Shown here: positions 1 to 8,845 of the stretch, piece by piece
Position numbering within the stretch: position 1 is the stretch's first letter
Layout of the letters: every line of letters starts with the position of its first letter
NCBI GenBank assembly: GCA_018656855.1
Contig: JABHYP010000199.1
Span: 1 to 33,244, forward strand
Direction of reading: 5' to 3'
Length of the DNA: 33,244 bases
Source of the DNA: Candidatus Latescibacterota bacterium
Lineage (GTDB): Bacteria > Latescibacterota > Latescibacteria > Latescibacterales > Latescibacteraceae
Notes under the pieces: generated by a model
Databases searched by the model: none
What the model was told of the DNA's origin: nothing
What the model saw: the letters and a program-made list of their open reading frames with translations, nothing else
Made by a program: the position numbers and the translations under genes

Positions 1-20
1 CCATCAAAACCAACTTTCAT
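1..20 (-). CDS. 5' end of an unidentified leftward gene running off the window (MKVGFD...)
   Basis: ATG at 20-18 on the minus strand, preceded by GGAGGGTG (reverse complement of 26-33) as a Shine-Dalgarno-like motif. Only 6 codons are visible. Confidence 0.25.
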
Positions 21-124
21 GCTTTCACCCTCCGGGTGTCCAGAATATGTCTGCAATAAGCGCATGTTACTTATTATATAATAACATGTTATGACATATT
101 ACGCAAGCATTTTACGGATTTAAT

Positions 125-604
125 ATGGGGAATAGGGGATTCAAGCAATGGCGTTATGGATTAGATGGTAAATTAATACTTATCTGGAAGTTTAGAACTA
201 TGACAGTTACCCAGGATGGTTGTGCCTTCGAACAGGTAATAAAACATGATAGTAGAGTAACAGCTTTTGGAAAATTTTTAAGGAGATGGAGCTTGGATGA
301 ACTACCACAATTTATTAATGTTCTTCAAGGTCGAATTTCGATTGTAGGTCCTCGGCCTCATGCCTTAGTTATGGTTGATGATTATAGAAAAAAAATATAT
401 GGATCAATGGATAGGCATATTATCAAGCCAGGTATAACAGGCTTAGCTCAGATATATGGAACACGTGGAGAAATTTTTGACGATGAATTGATGGCAGAAA
501 GAATTCGTTATGATCGTAAATATATTAAAAACTGGTCACTTTTTTTAGATCTTAAAATAATACTGCTTACTTGGTTTAGCCTGTTTAAAAAAGAAGCTTA
601 TTAA
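125..604 (+). CDS. Bacterial sugar transferase (polyprenyl-phosphate phosphoglycosyl transferase, WbaP/PglC-type catalytic domain), N-terminally truncated and probably defective
   Basis: Family motifs KFRTM and DELPQFINVLQGRISIVGPRPH are present. The ORF begins inside the conserved G-x-x-F-K-Q-x-R-x-G segment. An in-frame TGA at 89-91 leaves no room for the N-terminal membrane helix. No SD precedes the ATG. Confidence 0.8.
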   Translation: MGNRGFKQWRYGLDGKLILIWKFRTMTVTQDGCAFEQVIKHDSRVTAFGKFLRRWSLDELPQFINVLQGRISIVGPRPHALVMVDDYRKKIYGSMDRHIIKPGITGLAQIYGTRGEIFDDELMAERIRYDRKYIKNWSLFLDLKIILLTWFSLFKKEAY

Positions 605-643
605 TTAACGTGATAATATTTACATAAAAAGAACGCCTCTTTC

Positions 644-967
644 ATGCGATTATATATTATTGAGTTTGATGACATAAAGAAGAAAGATATTGATTCTATT
701 CGTGTCTTTTATACTTCTGACAATCGTGAAATATACAATATTTTTTCATCGATAAATAGAGATGAACGGCAATGTATTAAAAGGCTTTTAACAGAAATAA
801 AGCAGACCGAATTAGAAAAAATAGCAGAATATATGATTGAACAACATACAGCAAATAATAAATATTATATGGCAATTACGTCTCAACAAGCGCATAATGA
901 TAAATCAATAATTGAGCATGCTATTGAAGCAGCATCATTTAAGGCAAATTTTATAAAATTTGATTAA
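644..967 (+). CDS. Hypothetical small protein (107 aa)
   Basis: Clean ORF in operon orientation between the sugar transferase and the exporter. I recognise no motif. Confidence 0.4.
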   Translation: MRLYIIEFDDIKKKDIDSIRVFYTSDNREIYNIFSSINRDERQCIKRLLTEIKQTELEKIAEYMIEQHTANNKYYMAITSQQAHNDKSIIEHAIEAASFKANFIKFD

Positions 968-1000
968 TGTATTGAATTGCATGTTAACAAAGGGGATAAA

Positions 1001-3784
1001 ATGCCAAAATACAGAATAGAATCCAAATATGATCGATGTGCTTTAATAGCAATTACATTTTTTATATTAAGTTTGATTACTTTACCAGCTTTTTCTCAGG
1101 AAGCAACAAGCACTTTTGAAAGTAAAATTGCAGAGGAAGCTCAGAAGCGAGGAATTTCTCAAGAGCAATTAGATTCAATGGGGATTGATCCTTCAAATCC
1201 TGAACAAGTAATTCAAAAAGCACGTGAAATGGGAATACCTGAATCGGAAATACAAAATGCCCTACAAGAGCAAAGCATTATTCCAATAGACTCAGATCAG
1301 GATACCGTAACTGTACAAGTTGAACCAGAATTAGTTGCAAGGCCTGATACATTAGAAGTAAGTGAAGAGACGACAGAGTATGAAGAAGTGCTAGCTTCTG
1401 ATGATATATTAAGTCGACGATTTGCCGGTCTTTCCTATTATGGATATGATATTTTTAGAAGAGGTAGAGCCGGAACTGTAGTATCACCGATAAGCCCTAT
1501 TGATCCTGGATATATAATTAGTTCAGGTGATGTTTTACGATTAATATTGTGGGGCGAAGTTGATTTTCAATACGAGCTTAATGTGAATAATAAGGGTAAT
1601 ATTTTTGTTCCAAAAATAGGACCTATCTTTGTATCAGGAATCCGCTATGAAAAATTAAAAGAAACATTGAATAATCTCTTATCAAGATTTTATTCCGGAT
1701 TAGTTGATGATCCACCGACTATATTCATGGATGTTTCACTCGCTCAATTAAGAAGTAATCAAATCTATGTGATGGGTGAAGTAGCAAATCCGGGAACTTT
1801 CTCTCTTTCCAGTTACGGTACAACATTTGATGCATTATATGAAATTGGCGGGCCCAATACATCGGGGAGTTTACGTGACATTCGTATTATTCGGGACGGT
1901 AAAATTAAAAGCAAAATTGATTTTTACGGCTATTTATTAAAAGGTATTTCAAGTGATGATGAGCGTTTGCAATTTAATGACATCGTTTTTATCCCACCAA
2001 GAAAAATATCTGTAGGAATACAAGGCGAGATATTAAGACCAGCCATTTATGAATTAAAAGATGGCGAAAGTTTAACTGACCTTATAAATTTTGCAGGTGG
2101 TTACAAATCAACAGCCTATGCCTTCAGAGCTCAAATTGATCGTATCGAGCCTTTATTTATGAGAGAAAAAGGCACTACTGAAAGAGTACTTCTTGATGTC
2201 GATATTACCCAAATACATAAACAAGATAAAAAAGTTCCGCTATATGATGGAGATATTATTACAATTTTTCCTATTATTGATGAGACGTTCAATTATGTGG
2301 ATATTTTGGGAGCAGGTATATGGCGTCCAGGCAGATATGAACTAAACGAGTCTCTTTCATCTTTAAAAGATCTCATCAACGAAGCAGCCGGATTAAAACC
2401 TGATGTTTATTTGCCTAAAGCTGATTTAATACGCTTGAATGATGATCTCAATGAAGTATTTTACGAAATAAATCTTGAAGATATTTTGAATGAAGAGATG
2501 CAGGTTAATTTATTACTCCAAAAAAGAGACCGGATTAGAATATATTCAAAAAATGAAATGATTAGCGAAGCAACTGTTTCGCTTGAAGGTTTTGTCAGTA
2601 ATCCCGGTAATTACCCGCTGGCCCAGAATATGACACTATATGATCTACTTTTTTCATTTTCTGGGTTACAAGATAGTACGCGTTATTCAAGAACGTTATT
2701 AGAGCGAGGAGATATATATAGACTCGGTAAAGATGGACTGACGAGATTTATTATTCCTTTTAATGTAAATAATGTATGGACTGACAAAACTTTAGAAAAT
2801 ATACCACTCAAGAATAATGATACAGTTTTAATTTATGATAAAACATCTACTCAGTATTTCGAAAAAACTGTAGTAATTGAAGGATTTGTAAAAAATCCTG
2901 ATGAGTATGCATGGAAGTCAAATATGACATTGGCCGATTTGATATTAGAAAGTGGCGGATTCAGTTATGGAGCATGGATCTATGATGCTGAAGTCGCGAG
3001 ATTCCCGGTAGAAGGAATAAAAGGTGATTCTACAGCAGTTATTTTAAAAGTTCAAATTAGCAAAAAATCTAAAACCGATGTCAATATTGAGGATATTATA
3101 CTAGAATCTTTTCTTAATGAATCTGAAGCATATAATTTTATTTTACAGCCATATGATCGTGTTTTTATACGCAGTAATGATGAGTTAGAATTAGCCCAAA
3201 TTGTAACGATAACTGGATCTGTTATTAAACCTGGAAATTATGTGCTAGCAACTCATAATGAGACGATAAGTGATTTGATTAATCGATCAGGTGGACTGAA
3301 ATCCAATGCATATCTCGGAGGTGCTCAATTGCTGCGTGACGGCATGAGAGTATTTCTAGATTTTAATAATATTAACTTGAATAAAATAAAGCGAAGTAAA
3401 GATGATTTGATTTTACTTGGTGGTGATGAAATAATTATACCTGAAGTTCCCAACAGTATAGTTATTATAGGAGAAATTACAAATCCTGGTATTTATAACT
3501 ATAATAAGGGGTGGAAAGTGAAAAAGTATATTAATTTTGCAGGTGGACCAACTGAAGATGGTTTTCAAATACATATACAACAGCCAACAGGATATATGGA
3601 AAGAGTAACTTTTTTCAAAAATCCAAAAGTTGAAGATGGGGCAATAATAACTGTAAGTGCTAAACCTCAAGAAATTATACAAGAAGAAGAAAAAGAAATT
3701 GATTGGTCAAAGGTTATTCAAGAAAGTTTTGCGATAATGTCGAGTGCTATGATGATAATTTATCTTACAAAACAAATTAATTAA
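1001..3784 (+). CDS. Polysaccharide export protein, Wza-like Poly_export domain followed by multiple SLBB repeats and a C-terminal TM helix
   Basis: Signal-like N-terminus (ALIAITFFILSLITLPAFSQ). Poly_export-like block PGYIISSGDVLRLILWGEVDFQYELNVNNKGNIFVPKIGPIFVSG. There are about 5-6 repeats of the pattern V.I.G.V..PG.Y......TL.DLI..AGG. The track ORF starts at 977; I prefer the ATG at 1001 because AAAGGGGA lies upstream. Confidence 0.85.
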   Translation: MPKYRIESKYDRCALIAITFFILSLITLPAFSQEATSTFESKIAEEAQKRGISQEQLDSMGIDPSNPEQVIQKAREMGIPESEIQNALQEQSIIPIDSDQDTVTVQVEPELVARPDTLEVSEETTEYEEVLASDDILSRRFAGLSYYGYDIFRRGRAGTVVSPISPIDPGYIISSGDVLRLILWGEVDFQYELNVNNKGNIFVPKIGPIFVSGIRYEKLKETLNNLLSRFYSGLVDDPPTIFMDVSLAQLRSNQIYVMGEVANPGTFSLSSYGTTFDALYEIGGPNTSGSLRDIRIIRDGKIKSKIDFYGYLLKGISSDDERLQFNDIVFIPPRKISVGIQGEILRPAIYELKDGESLTDLINFAGGYKSTAYAFRAQIDRIEPLFMREKGTTERVLLDVDITQIHKQDKKVPLYDGDIITIFPIIDETFNYVDILGAGIWRPGRYELNESLSSLKDLINEAAGLKPDVYLPKADLIRLNDDLNEVFYEINLEDILNEEMQVNLLLQKRDRIRIYSKNEMISEATVSLEGFVSNPGNYPLAQNMTLYDLLFSFSGLQDSTRYSRTLLERGDIYRLGKDGLTRFIIPFNVNNVWTDKTLENIPLKNNDTVLIYDKTSTQYFEKTVVIEGFVKNPDEYAWKSNMTLADLILESGGFSYGAWIYDAEVARFPVEGIKGDSTAVILKVQISKKSKTDVNIEDIILESFLNESEAYNFILQPYDRVFIRSNDELELAQIVTITGSVIKPGNYVLATHNETISDLINRSGGLKSNAYLGGAQLLRDGMRVFLDFNNINLNKIKRSKDDLILLGGDEIIIPEVPNSIVIIGEITNPGIYNYNKGWKVKKYINFAGGPTEDGFQIHIQQPTGYMERVTFFKNPKVEDGAIITVSAKPQEIIQEEEKEIDWSKVIQESFAIMSSAMMIIYLTKQIN

Positions 3785-3838
3785 TCAGTAAATAATTATT
3801 GATGTCACAAATAATTATTAAATGGGAATTATTTTACA

Positions 3839-4831
3839 ATGAATGAAAAAAATCATATTCAATCATATGAAGATGATGATGCTTTTGAATTCAATATTGC
3901 CGAATGGATAGCGTTTTTCTGGATTAATAAATTTACATTTTTTAAATTCATGTCTGTTGCCTTCGTTATAGGGGTAATTGTTGCTCTTGTTCTTCCGGAA
4001 AAATACACTGCTGTTGCTACTATACTTCCTCCTCAGACTACTAATAAATCAGGTATGTTATCACAGATTAGCCAAATTGTGGGTGATTTTTCTGTCGGGG
4101 GAGTTGAAATAAATGAGCTCTATCCCGAAATTGCATCAAGCCGAATTGTCTTATCAGAAGTATTAAATGCTACTTATAATGGGAAGACTTATTTAAATAC
4201 TTTTATTGATAAATATGATATTGATACTGACAAGGGTAGTACAATAGTAAAAGAGAATATTCTCAAACTCATACGCGATAACATTATCCAAACAAACGTT
4301 GACCTCAGAACATCTTTAGTCACACTTATAATAACCGCAAATGATCCAAATCTTGCTGCCTCTTTTGCTAATGAAATATTGAATCAAATTGACAAGTATT
4401 TGCGATACAATCTTAAAAATACGGCATCTGGACAAGCAGAAATGATTAACAGTAGGTTAGAATCTGTATCAGATTCATTGAAAACTGCTGAAGATAAACT
4501 TCTTAGTTTCAAAGAGAGTAATAGGACGATAAATTTATCTCCTAATCTACAACTTACCGAAATGCGACTTTTAAGAGAAGTAGAAGTTAATAGCACCGTT
4601 TATATTGAATTAGTAAAACAGATTGAGGTTGTCAAAATCCAAGAAAATCAATTAAGACCTGTACTTAATATTCTTGATAAAGCTACACCACCAATAAGAA
4701 GATCAGCACCCAAAAGGAAAATAATTGTGATGGTATTTATGATATTTGGATTTATGCTGGCTTTTCTTTATACCAAAGGACTTCCTGCAATAAAGAATAT
4801 CGTAATTGTATCACAGAATGAGAAGCGTTAA
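3839..4831 (+). CDS. Chain-length determinant (Wzz/GumC-like polysaccharide co-polymerase) without a kinase domain
   Basis: N-terminal TM plus PEKYTAVATILPP, typical of the Wzz domain. Central coiled-coil-like region and a C-terminal TM (IIVMVFMIFGFMLAFLY). The protein ends after the second TM, so there is no Walker-type tyrosine kinase. Confidence 0.8.
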   Translation: MNEKNHIQSYEDDDAFEFNIAEWIAFFWINKFTFFKFMSVAFVIGVIVALVLPEKYTAVATILPPQTTNKSGMLSQISQIVGDFSVGGVEINELYPEIASSRIVLSEVLNATYNGKTYLNTFIDKYDIDTDKGSTIVKENILKLIRDNIIQTNVDLRTSLVTLIITANDPNLAASFANEILNQIDKYLRYNLKNTASGQAEMINSRLESVSDSLKTAEDKLLSFKESNRTINLSPNLQLTEMRLLREVEVNSTVYIELVKQIEVVKIQENQLRPVLNILDKATPPIRRSAPKRKIIVMVFMIFGFMLAFLYTKGLPAIKNIVIVSQNEKR

Positions 4832-4891
4832 TAATCCAAATGAAAATAGGATAGATTTTTGCAAATAGACAGCGGTCTGCTTTGACAATGT

Positions 4892-4967
4892 AATTTTCAG
4901 TTCTTGTCGCAAAAGAGAATATCTATTTAACAACATGACATGGTGGTAAGGGCGCGCTATTCAGGGA
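4892..4967 (+). repeat. Diverged copy (A) of the 85-bp element also found at 21823-21907 and 23499-23583
   Basis: By-eye alignment shares CAGTTC.TGTCGCAAAAGAG.ATAT.TATT.AAC...CATGGTGG.AAGGG......CAGGGA, in the same orientation. It is roughly three quarters identical to copies B and C. Confidence 0.7.
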
Positions 4968-5134
4968 CTTAGAAATTAGCATTGCGAATGGAGCTTGCTG
5001 AGGTAGTTGTCTGACAAGATTAACAAAATTAACATTATTTCATATAGATATACAGGCAGCGCAGGAGCTCTATGTCGGATAGTGAGACAGATCAGGTTTG
5101 CCAAACTTCTTCTAAGGAACACTCGATGAATTGA

Positions 5135-5263
5135 GGGTTTATAATCGTGTACTGTTGGAGTCGGAGACACAGTGATTTTGAAACTTGGAAGACTACAGAA
5201 TCGTTTCTTCGGGGCACCTACCATGGAGTTAGTCACAAACACCTCCAGCTGATAATAAATTGA
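5135..5263 (+). pseudogene. Possible C-terminal relic of an IS1595-family (ISXO2-like) DDE transposase
   Basis: The frame reads HSDFETWKTTESFLRGTYHGVSHKHLQLIIN*. This resembles the family C-terminal signature (H-T-N-x-I-E-x-F-W-x-x-L-K-R...G-x-x-H-x-V-S-x-K-H-L-Q). A stop lies immediately upstream at 5132-5134. Confidence 0.35.
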
Positions 5264-5537
5264 TTAGGAATAAACATGGATATTAGCCCCAAAACAAGTT
5301 ATTACAGATTCTTGAAACCAGTGTATGTGTTATTGCGCTTCAAGAAACCGTTCAATCTCTATTTCAAGTACCTGTGGAATCCGCTTAAGACACACATCAA
5401 CCTTATCCAGAATAGCAGCAAAGCCAACCGGCGACTTGAAATCGGAACCGATTCCATACACCTCTCAACAACAGCAACCCAAAACTCGGTGCCATGACTA
5501 ACTTAAGAAGTGGACCAAAGAATGGGGGCAGGTCAAT

Positions 5538-7280
5538 ATGTATGCAAATGAAAAGAATATTCAGATAGTAGTTGCTTTACTGAAAAAGTATGGCGTTCAG
5601 CATGTGGTAGTGTCTCCAGGTGGACGTTCCATACCAATTATCAGATCAATTGAATCAGAATCATTTTTTTCTGTTTATTCAATTACGGATGAAAGAAGTG
5701 CAGCTTATTTTGCTATGGGGATGGCTCAATCCTTAAAGCAGCCAGTTGCTGCTCTTTGTACATCTGGAACAGCGGTTTGTAACTATTTGCCAGCTGTGAC
5801 AGAAGCTTTTTATCAAAAAGTTCCATTGGTTGTTTTGACTGGCGATAGGAATCCTTATTATCTGGATCAGATGGAAATACAAATGATTAATCAAATCCAT
5901 ACATTTGATAATGTAACCAAAAAAAGTGTTACACTTCCTGTTGTGAAAAATAATGAAGACGAGTGGTATTGCTGGCGATTGGTTAATGAGGCATTGTTGG
6001 AAATGAATCACCATGGATTTGGGCCAGTACGTATAAATATCCCAAATGACAGCGGCCCTTGTAGCGTTTTAAAACTTCCCGATACCGTAGCTTTAAAAAA
6101 AGTGCTTCCAACTGATCCTGAAGATGTATGGGAATCATATATTCAACAATTAAAAGCTGCAAAACGAATACTAGTTATTTGTGGTCAGGGACCGAGGTAT
6201 TCAGCTGAAGACATTGAGAATATTGAGCAATTTACAAGGCAATATAATTGCGTAATCTCCGTCGAACATCTTTCTAATCTTAATTGTTCAGGATGTATCA
6301 GGACCTATCCGGTTACGGAGTTTTTTTGTAAAAATGATCTTAGTAAATTGCTACCTGACTTGGTTATTACATTAGGTGAGCATATTGCCGCTGGCAGAAT
6401 TAAGTCTATACTTAGAGATCATAAAGGAGAATTTCGACATTGGTGTATCGATGAGACAGGAAAGGTTAAAGATGGATTTAAAAGTCTGACAACTATTTTT
6501 GAGTGCACTCCATCCATCTTTTTTAAACAATTTGCGAAGAAGGCTTCAGAGACTATTAGTAATGACGGGAGCTATATGAATCAATGGCAAGCTGCCCTCA
6601 AAAAGATAAAATATCCTGAATTTCCACTTTGTCATATGCGAGTAGCTCAAGAGTTAGCAAAAGCATTACCAGATAATTCGATTTTGCACCTTGCGATTCT
6701 CAGCAGTATTCGATGGATGCAGTTTTGGGATATACCCAAAAATATTGAAGTTTTTGCAAATATAGGGACTCTTGGTACTGATGGATCTTTGTCTTCACTT
6801 TTAGGTCAGGCAGCTGTAACTGACAAGCTCTGTTTTTTAATGATTGGTGATATGAGCTTCTTTTATGATATGAATGCTGTCCGTATTAAGCACATAGGTT
6901 CGAATGTTCGCATTGTGATGATAAACAATTCTGGTGGTGGTGAATTTGATTTAGGATTTAGGCATAAGATGAAAAATATTGAAAATAATATTATCGCGTT
7001 AAATAGGACTGAAGCTGCTGGATGGATCGAGTCCTTGGGATTCAACTATTGTGCAGCGAGGAAGAAGCAGGAACTTGTGGATGGAATATCTATGCTTGTT
7101 GGTGAATCAGATCGGCCAGTATTTTTTGAGGTATTTACGGATATGCAACGCGACACTGATACAATGATAGAATTTATGGTAGAAAATTCGCAACAAGCTG
7201 GTCAGGGAATTAAAAGTGCCGCGAAAAGTATATTGGGGAATCGAGGCACCGAGATTGTGCGGTCTATTTTGAACAAGTAG
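5538..7280 (+). CDS. Thiamine-diphosphate-dependent enzyme, MenD-like (SEPHCHC synthase family fold)
   Basis: N-terminal VVVSPGGRSIPI...ITDERSAAYFAMGMAQSLKQPVAALCTSGTAVCNYLPAVTEA...PLVVLTGDR parallels MenD. The C-terminal ThDP motif is GTDGSLSSLLGQA...IGDMSFFYDMNAV...MINNSGGGEF (GDxS...NN). Confidence 0.8.
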   Translation: MYANEKNIQIVVALLKKYGVQHVVVSPGGRSIPIIRSIESESFFSVYSITDERSAAYFAMGMAQSLKQPVAALCTSGTAVCNYLPAVTEAFYQKVPLVVLTGDRNPYYLDQMEIQMINQIHTFDNVTKKSVTLPVVKNNEDEWYCWRLVNEALLEMNHHGFGPVRINIPNDSGPCSVLKLPDTVALKKVLPTDPEDVWESYIQQLKAAKRILVICGQGPRYSAEDIENIEQFTRQYNCVISVEHLSNLNCSGCIRTYPVTEFFCKNDLSKLLPDLVITLGEHIAAGRIKSILRDHKGEFRHWCIDETGKVKDGFKSLTTIFECTPSIFFKQFAKKASETISNDGSYMNQWQAALKKIKYPEFPLCHMRVAQELAKALPDNSILHLAILSSIRWMQFWDIPKNIEVFANIGTLGTDGSLSSLLGQAAVTDKLCFLMIGDMSFFYDMNAVRIKHIGSNVRIVMINNSGGGEFDLGFRHKMKNIENNIIALNRTEAAGWIESLGFNYCAARKKQELVDGISMLVGESDRPVFFEVFTDMQRDTDTMIEFMVENSQQAGQGIKSAAKSILGNRGTEIVRSILNK

Positions 7281-7337
7281 TTTTGTACTAGGAGAGCGAA
7301 TCTGTGTTCGGTCACATTAAGAAATACCAAATTAATA

Positions 7338-8160
7338 ATGAAGCGAATTTGTAAGCTAGTGCGTGATTACGCAAGTTCAGGAGGTGCGATCTATGCAAAC
7401 ATTTCAGAAATTCACTATGGCGAAATTTTAACAGGGAAAAGTGTTTTGGTTACTGGGGGTAGTTCTGGCATTGGTTTGGCTATTGCAAAAAAATGTTTTT
7501 TCGGAAGGGGCTATAGTTGTTATTGCTGGTCGTAATGAAAAAAGATTGAAAGAAGCGATTAAGAGTGTAGGAAATCCTAAACTTAAGTATATAGTTTGGG
7601 ATGTTGGTGATATTGCTTCACATGATAGTAAATTTAAAACAGCATTGGAATTGTTAAATGTTTCACTTGATATTTTGGTGAACAACGCTGGTATTCATAA
7701 TAATACGCGTTTCCAAATTGTGACAAGTGAGGTTTGGGATAAGGTGTACAGAATAAATTCTAAAGGGCTTTTTTTTCTCAGTCAAGTTGTAGTTAAGCAT
7801 TGGCTTGTATCTAAGCATAAGGGAAAAATAGTAAATATTTCCTCTTCTGGTGGTTTTGTTGGAGCGACTTATCCTTATAGAATGTCTAAGTGGGATGTGG
7901 CTGGATTGACAAGGGGATTGGGGAATAAATTTGATATCACATGGTATTATCGTGAATGGTATAGCACCTGGATAAACAGCTACGCCCATGATGGGAAAAG
8001 AAGTTCCCGACAATTTATATGCAAATCACTATCCTCCAAGTTTTAGATATGCTTTCCAAAGGAAATTGCAGAACTAGCTCTTTTTTTAATGAGTGATGCT
8101 ACAAATTATATTGTTGGGCAAACTATTATTTGTGATGGTGGATACTGTTTAAAAATGTGA
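7338..8160 (+). pseudogene. Short-chain dehydrogenase/reductase (classical SDR) disrupted by three frameshifts and one nonsense codon
   Basis: SDR motifs are spread over three frames: TGGSSGIGLAIAKK (frame 1), EGAIVVIAGRN...NNAG...SSSGG...YRMSK (frame 2), GIIVNGIAPG*TATPMMG (frame 3) and PKEIAELALFLMSDATNYIVGQTIICDGG. Shifts fall near 7487-7501 (an A7-TG-T6 run), 7932-7940 and 8051-8060. There is an in-frame TAA at 7973-7975. Confidence 0.75.
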
Positions 8161-8416
8161 GTCCCTGTCTTTTTGGTTAATAAGTCAATCATAAATAGAC
8201 GCTTTAGTACAAATTCTATTGTTCCTCATCATGAGGTATAAATGAAGAGGATAGTGTTTAAGTTAATTATATGCCGTGGCTCATAGATTATTAGTACTAT
8301 AGCCAAATTAGGATGTATCTGCTTAAGATATTTGTTTGAAAAGTATAATCAGTTTAGGTTAATTATCTTGGATAGCAATGATATATAATATCATATAAAG
8401 GTATCGGTAATTTTAA

Positions 8417-8845
8417 ATGAAAAGAATACTTGTTGTTAATCAGCCACTTAAAAATAGAGGTGATGAAGCAGCACATCGAGTTCTGATTAAGGCACTTTCC
8501 AAACATGCAGAATTTGAAATTGAGGTGTTACTTGAGGGGCGTGAAGATGGGATTTCGGCCGATATTATTAGTCAATTCGCTAGCACTGAATATCCCAATG
8601 TTAAGTATATTGAGTATAGACCAGACGCAATCTCTGCACGACTTCCCTACAGATCGTTTACTCTCCCGGGCTTTCTGACACGCATATGTGAGCTGCTCAG
8701 TCCAACAACAAGAAAACTGGTGTCAGCTATCAATTGAGCAGACTTGGTGCTATGTGCGCCAGGCGGCGTAAACTATGAAAACTGGAGTGGCCATTCAAAC
8801 CTCCAACTACGATTGGACAATGTCATAGGGGCTATCGCTAATAAC
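8417..8845 (+). pseudogene. N-terminal remnant (about 143 codons, one in-frame TGA) of a second polysaccharide pyruvyl transferase paralog
   Basis: MKRILVVNQPLKNRGDEAAH...ADLVLCAPGGVNYENWSGHSNLQLRL parallels residues 1-140 of the downstream intact gene (MKTISIINQPINNRGDQAAH...SDLVVCAPGGVCMGPYKSWSHLINLDIAL). Stop at 8735-8737, then the same frame continues. The stump ends where the intact gene starts. Confidence 0.6.

Noticed and set aside
3413-3682. Antisense or alternate-frame ORFs of 60-140 aa nested in long genes. These are 3413-3682, 4384-4596, 5733-6014, 6863-7045, 10657-10887, 11377-11571, 13362-13565, 13935-14150, 17061-17276, 19156-19374, 19684-19968, 19863-20279, 30138-30392, 30522-30761 and 30848-31051.
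   Set aside because: Each lies wholly inside a longer ORF that has clear family motifs. Their translations are low-complexity and rich in I, F, N, K and L, as expected from reading AT-rich coding DNA in the wrong frame, and they have no SD motifs.
4936-4950. ACATGGTGG is shared between repeat copy A and the 3' end of tRNA-Ala (31884-31892), suggesting a tRNA-derived att site or a tRNA-like fold in the 85-bp element.
   Set aside because: The match is only 9 nt, similarity does not extend further, and the element cannot be folded into a T-arm plus acceptor geometry. It is probably chance.
7428-8046. ORFs 7441-8046 (+), 7428-7685 (-) and 7663-8013 (-) as independent genes.
   Set aside because: 7441-8046 is simply the middle frame of the frameshifted SDR; its first about 15 and last about 35 residues are out-of-frame read-through. 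The minus-strand ORFs are antisense artefacts.
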